This document shows positions 6,516 to 11,091 of a stretch of 11,091 nt of DNA, piece after piece (position 1 is the first letter of the stretch; every line of letters starts with the position of its first letter). The translations under genes and the position numbers were made by a program. Source of the DNA: an uncultured bacterium (GTDB taxonomy: Bacteria > Hydrogenedentota > Hydrogenedentia > Hydrogenedentales > JAEUWI01); assembly GCA_963977445.1 (NCBI GenBank), contig CAXBPH010000233.1, forward strand, positions 1-11,091, written 5' to 3'. Below the pieces are notes generated by a model. The model was given only the letters and a program-made list of their open reading frames with translations. It searched no databases and was not told the DNA's origin.

Positions 6516-7436
6516 ATGGAAATCGGGAGCGGAAGCCACCGGTATACAGTTATTAATCAGTGGGGAATTTTCCCGAACAACCTCAAAATTGGCACTACCC
6601 ATGCCTTAGTCGAGGACCGGGAAGGCAATATTCATATTCACCACACGGGGCCAGACTGCATCGTCACGTGCGACCCAGATGGAAATTTACTTTCTGCCTG
6701 GGGCACGGACTGGCACGCAGGTGCCCACGGTATGCTATTAAATCTGGAAGGTGGGGAAGAGTTCCTCTATCTTGCGGCGACGTCTTCGGGCCTGATGGTC
6801 AAAACCACCATCGATGGGGAAGAAGTATTTCGTATCAGCACACCGCCCCGTCCCGATATCTACGATGGGGATCACCCCTTTGTGCCCACCGAGACCGCCG
6901 TGGCGTCGAATGGCGATATCTATATTGCCGATGGCTATGGCCAAAGCTGGATTCATCGCTACAGTCCCACCGGAGAGTATATGGACTCCTTTGGCGGACC
7001 GGGCACGGACCTCGGCCAACTTCAATGTCCCCATGGAATCAAGATCGATACCCGGAGTGGAGAAGAGCGCCTTCTGGTCGCTGATCGCGTCAATGTACGC
7101 CTCCAGTATTTCTCGTTGGAAGGAAAGCCCATTTCCGCAATCACGCGGGGACTCCGTTTTCCCTGCACCGTCAACCCCTGGGGAGACGAACTCTATGTGC
7201 CCGACCTCCATTCTCGTATCACCATCTTCGACAAGAGAGACAAGCTCATAACCCACCTGGGTGACCGACCCAATTGCTGGGAGAAAGAGGGCTGGCCCAA
7301 CCTGCCCCAATCCGACTGGGTCGAAGGGGCCTTTTCGTCGCCCCACGATGTCCACGTGGACGCTAAGGGCAACATCTATGTTGCTGAATGGATGTCTAAC
7401 GAAACAGGTAAAATAACAAAGTTGGTGCGCGTCTAA
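6516..7436 (+). CDS. NHL-repeat beta-propeller protein, peptidyl-alpha-hydroxyglycine alpha-amidating lyase (PAL)-like
   Basis: AAAGGA RBS before ATG 6516 (preferred over 6456). NHL repeats PTETAVASNGDIYIADGYG, GQLQCPHGIKID...VADRVNVRLQYF, FSSPHDVHVDAKGNIYVAE. No signal peptide seen. Confidence 0.85.
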   Translation: MEIGSGSHRYTVINQWGIFPNNLKIGTTHALVEDREGNIHIHHTGPDCIVTCDPDGNLLSAWGTDWHAGAHGMLLNLEGGEEFLYLAATSSGLMVKTTIDGEEVFRISTPPRPDIYDGDHPFVPTETAVASNGDIYIADGYGQSWIHRYSPTGEYMDSFGGPGTDLGQLQCPHGIKIDTRSGEERLLVADRVNVRLQYFSLEGKPISAITRGLRFPCTVNPWGDELYVPDLHSRITIFDKRDKLITHLGDRPNCWEKEGWPNLPQSDWVEGAFSSPHDVHVDAKGNIYVAEWMSNETGKITKLVRV

Positions 7437-7457
7437 CCCAATACCCCAGGGCCTTCC

Positions 7458-7477
7458 TGCCCCGACGCGACGGGGCA
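7458..7477. other. Intergenic GC-rich hairpin between the NHL and GH78 genes
   Basis: TGCCCCG-ACGCGA-CGGGGCA: perfect 7-bp stem, 6-nt loop, no adjacent U-run, just upstream of the AAGGA RBS of GH78. Confidence 0.45.
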
Positions 7478-7496
7478 ATACGTTTTAAGGAAAACG

Positions 7497-10400
7497 ATGA
7501 TGCCTTTTCGAATCGGTTCTCTATTACTCATGGGAATGTTACTCTCGATGAATAGTATGGCGGCACTGCAAGTCAATAATCTGCGTTGCGAATACAAGGT
7601 AGCCCCGCTGGGACTGGATACCACGACTCCCCGACTCAGTTGGCAACTCACGTCCGAAGAGCGGGGGCAGGTACAAAGCGCGTACCAGATTCTCGTCGCC
7701 TCAAGCGCGGCTACGCTTCAGAAAAACGTGGGGGACTTGTGGGACTCGGGCAAAGTCGAATCGGACCAATCGACCTTCATTCCTTATGGGGGCACGGCAC
7801 TGGGTTCCAAAGACCAGTGTTTCTGGAAGGTGCGGGTCTGGGACGGCAATGACAAGGCATCAGGCTGGAGCGAAAGCACCCGCTGGACCATGGGGCTCCT
7901 GTCGCCCGAGGATTGGTCTGCCGAATGGATTGGCTACGACGCCCCAACGGGTGACGAAGCCGTCGATGCACCTGCCCTCAATATGGGGAAAGCCCAATGG
8001 ATCTGGTATCCCGATGGCAACCCGGCGTCGGCCGCACCGATTGGCGAAGTCGCCTTCCGGACGACCTTCACCGTGGATTCGGGACGGGCAATTAAAGAAA
8101 CGGCGCTCTATCTTACGGCAGACAACTGGGCCCGGCCCTATCTCGATGGCGTCGAACTGGAAGGTACGGTCACCGACTTCAACCAGGTGATGCGTATAGA
8201 CCTTCTGCGCGTTCTTACGCCCGGGGAACACACCCTGGCCATTTTGGCCGACAACAAAGGCGATGCCCCCAATCCCGCTGGGCTCATTGCCCGCGTCGTG
8301 GTGGATTACGTCGACGGCACCGACCTCGTGGTAGAAAGTGGCCCCACGTGGAAGGCCCTCCGTGACGACCGACCGAGTGACTGGATGGCCAAGGCACACG
8401 CTGACAGTAGCTGGTCGGAGGCACACGCGATTGGACCGGCGGGCACCCCGCCGTGGCCGTCGCCGAAGTTACCCGCGCCCACCGTTTTGCCGCCACCACC
8501 CCAATTGCGTAGCACCTTCACCGCGAAGAAAGATATCGCCCGGGCCACGCTCTACGCCACGGCCTTTGGCATCTACGACACCTACATCAACGGCAAACGG
8601 GTAGGGGACTTCATTTTTGCCCCCGGCTTTACCGACTACAACAAGCGAGTCCACTATCAGACCTACGAAGTGACCGACCTGCTCAATAGTGACAGCGAAA
8701 ATGTGTTCGCTGCCCTCCTCGGCGATGGGTGGTATGCGGGCTACCTCGGCTTCCTGCCCCAGCTCAATGTGAAGAGTGCACGAGACCACTACGGGGCCGA
8801 ACCTCGCTTCCGGGGCCAACTGGAAATTGAATACACCGACGGCAGCACGCAAGTCGTCAACACCAACGCCGACTGGAAGGCGACCTATGGCCACATTCGC
8901 GAAGCGGACATGCTCATGGGCGAAACCCACGACGATGCCTTCGCAACACCCGGTTGGCTTACGGCGAACTATGACGACAGCGCCTGGGCGCCCGTAGCGA
9001 CCGGAACATCCAATTCGGCGCCCGTCCAGGCCCATCCGGGCACGCCCGTGACGGCCCACGAAGAGTTGCCGGCACAATCCATGACGGAAGTGACACCCGG
9101 CGTCTATATCTATGATATCGGACAGAATTTTGCCGGCTGGGCGAAGGTCACCCTCCAGGCGAAAGCCGGGGAGCGGGTCCAACTTCGCTTTGGTGAACGC
9201 CTCGACGCCGACGGCCTGCTCTACACGACCAATCTCCGCAAAGCGCGGTGTATCGACACCTTCACCATCGCGGAAGACGGCGAAGTTACCCTGGAGCCAC
9301 ATTTCACCTTTCATGGCTTCCAATACGTGGAAATCAGTGGCGTAGCCAACCCGCCCGCGCCTGAAGATGTCGTAGGGGTGGTGCTGCAGTCCGTCATCGA
9401 ACCCGCTGGAAAATTCGAAAGTTCCGAACCCCTGCTGAACCAGCTCTTTCACAATATCGTCTGGGGCCAGAAGGGCAACTACCTCGAAATCCCTACGGAC
9501 TGTCCCCAGCGCGATGAGCGTATGGGCTGGACCGGGGATGCCCAATTCTTCATTCCCACGGCCCTCTACAACATGGATTGTGGTGCCTTTTATACAAAGT
9601 GGCTTGTTGATTTGGTCCAGGACTCCCAGTTGGAAAACGGTTCCTTCGCCGACGTGGCGCCCCACGTGGCCTTGGGTGGTGGTTCCGTGGCCTGGGGTGA
9701 TGCCGCCATGATCTGCACCTACCAGATCTATCGCTACTACGGCGACACGGGAATTATCCGGCAGCACTTCCCCAACCTCGTGCGCGGCATGGAGTTTCTG
9801 GAGTCCACCAGCGAAGGGGGCATCCGCTCCAAGATGGGTTACGGCGACTGGCTCAACAAGGGCGGCGGTGCAAAGGATGAAGTTATTTGCACGGCCTACT
9901 TCGCCTACCTCGCCGAGCTCATGGAAGAAATGGCAACCGCTATCGGGGAGACCGAAAAGGCCGCCCACTATGGCGCACTGAAGGAAGAGGTGAAGACCGC
10001 CTTCGCCAAGAACTTCATCAACGACGAGGGCGTGATACTCGAAAGCAGCCAGACCGGCTACGCCCTGGCCTTCACAATGAATCTCATTCCCGAGGCACTC
10101 AAGGCGAAAGCAGCCGAGCAATTCGCCGGCGAAATCGCACGCTTCGACAATCACCTGGCGACGGGCTTCATCGGCACGCCCCGCTTGCTTCCGGGCCTTG
10201 CAGACGCTGGAAAGATTGACCTCGCCTATCAGTTGCTCATGAACACGGACTATCCCTCGTGGCTCTTCCAGGTGACCCAGGGTGCCACAACCATGTGGGA
10301 GCGATGGGACGGCTGGACCCCGGAGAATGGATTCCAGGACCCCGGCATGAACTCCTTCAATCACTACGCCTTTGGTGCCGTGGGTGAATGGCTCTATAGC

Positions 10401-10721
10401 ACCGTCGGCGGCGTTGCGCCTTTGGAGCCTGGGTTTAAACGGTTTGAAATCGCGCCTAAGCCGGGCGGCGGATTGACTTGGGCCAAAACGAGTTACCGCT
10501 CGATTCACGGATTGATTCGGTCGAACTGGAAGATTGACGGCAATAGCTTCACGCTGGAGGTCGAGATTCCGGTAAACACGACGGCGGTGGTACGGTTGCC
10601 TGAAGAGTTTTCGCGTGACGTGACTGTCGACGGCGAGCCGTTGAGCGACCATGTCGGAGGGCAAGAATTTAAATTTTTTGTATTTGGTTCGGGGACCTAT
10701 ACCATTTGTGGGGAGGGGTGA
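7497..10721 (+). CDS. Secreted family 78 glycoside hydrolase (alpha-L-rhamnosidase) with CBM67-like insertion
   Basis: Signal-peptide-like N-terminus; LRCEY...PRLSW...QSAYQILVAS...LWDSGKV N-terminal domain; DIGQNFAGW; FTFHGFQYVE; catalytic-region motifs PTDCPQRDERMGWTGDAQ and GATTMWERWD; MNSFNHYAFG. AAGGA RBS; start is ATG 7497 or the adjacent ATG 7500. Confidence 0.95.
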   Translation: MMPFRIGSLLLMGMLLSMNSMAALQVNNLRCEYKVAPLGLDTTTPRLSWQLTSEERGQVQSAYQILVASSAATLQKNVGDLWDSGKVESDQSTFIPYGGTALGSKDQCFWKVRVWDGNDKASGWSESTRWTMGLLSPEDWSAEWIGYDAPTGDEAVDAPALNMGKAQWIWYPDGNPASAAPIGEVAFRTTFTVDSGRAIKETALYLTADNWARPYLDGVELEGTVTDFNQVMRIDLLRVLTPGEHTLAILADNKGDAPNPAGLIARVVVDYVDGTDLVVESGPTWKALRDDRPSDWMAKAHADSSWSEAHAIGPAGTPPWPSPKLPAPTVLPPPPQLRSTFTAKKDIARATLYATAFGIYDTYINGKRVGDFIFAPGFTDYNKRVHYQTYEVTDLLNSDSENVFAALLGDGWYAGYLGFLPQLNVKSARDHYGAEPRFRGQLEIEYTDGSTQVVNTNADWKATYGHIREADMLMGETHDDAFATPGWLTANYDDSAWAPVATGTSNSAPVQAHPGTPVTAHEELPAQSMTEVTPGVYIYDIGQNFAGWAKVTLQAKAGERVQLRFGERLDADGLLYTTNLRKARCIDTFTIAEDGEVTLEPHFTFHGFQYVEISGVANPPAPEDVVGVVLQSVIEPAGKFESSEPLLNQLFHNIVWGQKGNYLEIPTDCPQRDERMGWTGDAQFFIPTALYNMDCGAFYTKWLVDLVQDSQLENGSFADVAPHVALGGGSVAWGDAAMICTYQIYRYYGDTGIIRQHFPNLVRGMEFLESTSEGGIRSKMGYGDWLNKGGGAKDEVICTAYFAYLAELMEEMATAIGETEKAAHYGALKEEVKTAFAKNFINDEGVILESSQTGYALAFTMNLIPEALKAKAAEQFAGEIARFDNHLATGFIGTPRLLPGLADAGKIDLAYQLLMNTDYPSWLFQVTQGATTMWERWDGWTPENGFQDPGMNSFNHYAFGAVGEWLYSTVGGVAPLEPGFKRFEIAPKPGGGLTWAKTSYRSIHGLIRSNWKIDGNSFTLEVEIPVNTTAVVRLPEEFSRDVTVDGEPLSDHVGGQEFKFFVFGSGTYTICGEG

Positions 10722-10806
10722 AGAAGCGAGGTTTCGAGGCGCCATCGAATGCCCGGTGAACACACGCGAAGCAGTTAATGCCTACGACGGATTCAGTGGG
10801 TGTTGA

Positions 10807-10857
10807 ACCACAAAGAGCGCAGAGAGCACAGAATATTTCGTGCCTTTGCGCTCTTTG
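10807..10857. repeat. Long imperfect palindrome built from 9-nt units (REP-like element or hairpin)
   Basis: CAAAGAGCGCA (10811-10821) pairs perfectly with TGCGCTCTTTG (10847-10857), and pairing continues inward with two single-A bulges. The left arm is three degenerate 9-mers: ACCACAAAG, AGCGCAGAG, AGCACAGAA. Confidence 0.7.
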
Positions 10858-11091
10858 CATTCAGTCCCTAAGGGACGACATACCGTAGATAAACCAGGGA
10901 CCGCGTTGAGAGCCAGCGCAGTGGTCGAGCCAAGCTCGTTCTCGCTGGGCGGCACACCAAAATTCTGTCTGGGCAGGGAGAAGAGGGCCGTTTGAGGGCC
11001 ATTGGGTGGTGATCATAGAGCTCTTCGACAGGGAGCACTGGCCTGCCCCCTGTAAACTGATCCATGTATTATGAGAGTCTACCCGGTCCGG

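Noticed and set aside
1165..7436. Single pathway linking the pterin operon to the PAL-like lyase
   Set aside because: The genes are separated by a tRNA, a terminator and unrelated genes, and no pterin-dependent hydroxylase is present; proximity alone is not evidence.
6228..7447. 11-nt direct repeat CCCAATACCCC at 6228-6238 and 7437-7447 flanking the NHL gene
   Set aside because: Short and low-complexity, with no mobile-element gene or terminal inverted repeats between the copies; chance is plausible.
6738..7478. 246-aa minus-strand ORF and alternative plus-frame ORFs in the NHL gene
   Set aside because: They overlap a motif-rich real gene and show typical off-frame composition.
8469..10763. 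764-aa minus-strand ORF
   Set aside because: Antisense shadow of the GH78 gene; long antisense frames are expected with this codon bias, and the translation has no recognisable motifs.
3480..11091. tRNA-Ala as the attachment site of a genomic island
   Set aside because: No integrase follows the tRNA, its terminator is intact, and I found no second copy of the tRNA 3' end in the window. An att site beyond the window cannot be excluded.
10861..11091. Minus-strand open frames at the window end (10868-11065, and another open from the edge to 10861)
   Set aside because: No recognisable motif or RBS; coding status cannot be judged without downstream sequence.
1..11091. CRISPR array, rRNA, transposase or defence system
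   Set aside because: No regularly spaced repeats, rRNA-like sequence or relevant protein motifs were seen.

Overview
Bacterial chromosomal window with almost all genes on the + strand. In order: the 3' end of a PDZ-domain protein; a secreted HtrA/trypsin-fold protein that lacks the catalytic His and Ser; a translationally coupled four-gene pterin cluster (FolM/PTR1-like SDR, FolB/FolX-family protein, divergent FolK, FolE) with no folP or folC in the window; tRNA-Ala(CGC) with its own promoter and terminator; a 717-aa secreted protein with a beta-propeller and an uncharacterised helical domain; a small lower-GC two-TM orphan on the - strand; an NHL-repeat protein that appears to keep the full peptidyl-alpha-hydroxyglycine lyase (PAL) active site; a secreted GH78 alpha-L-rhamnosidase with a CBM67-like insert; and a long palindrome built from 9-nt units. 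I see no integrase, transposase, CRISPR array or defence system. The best leads are the stand-alone PAL-like lyase, the folP-less pterin operon, the His-free pseudoprotease and the propeller/helical secreted protein. All family assignments come from motif recognition by eye, not from database searches.
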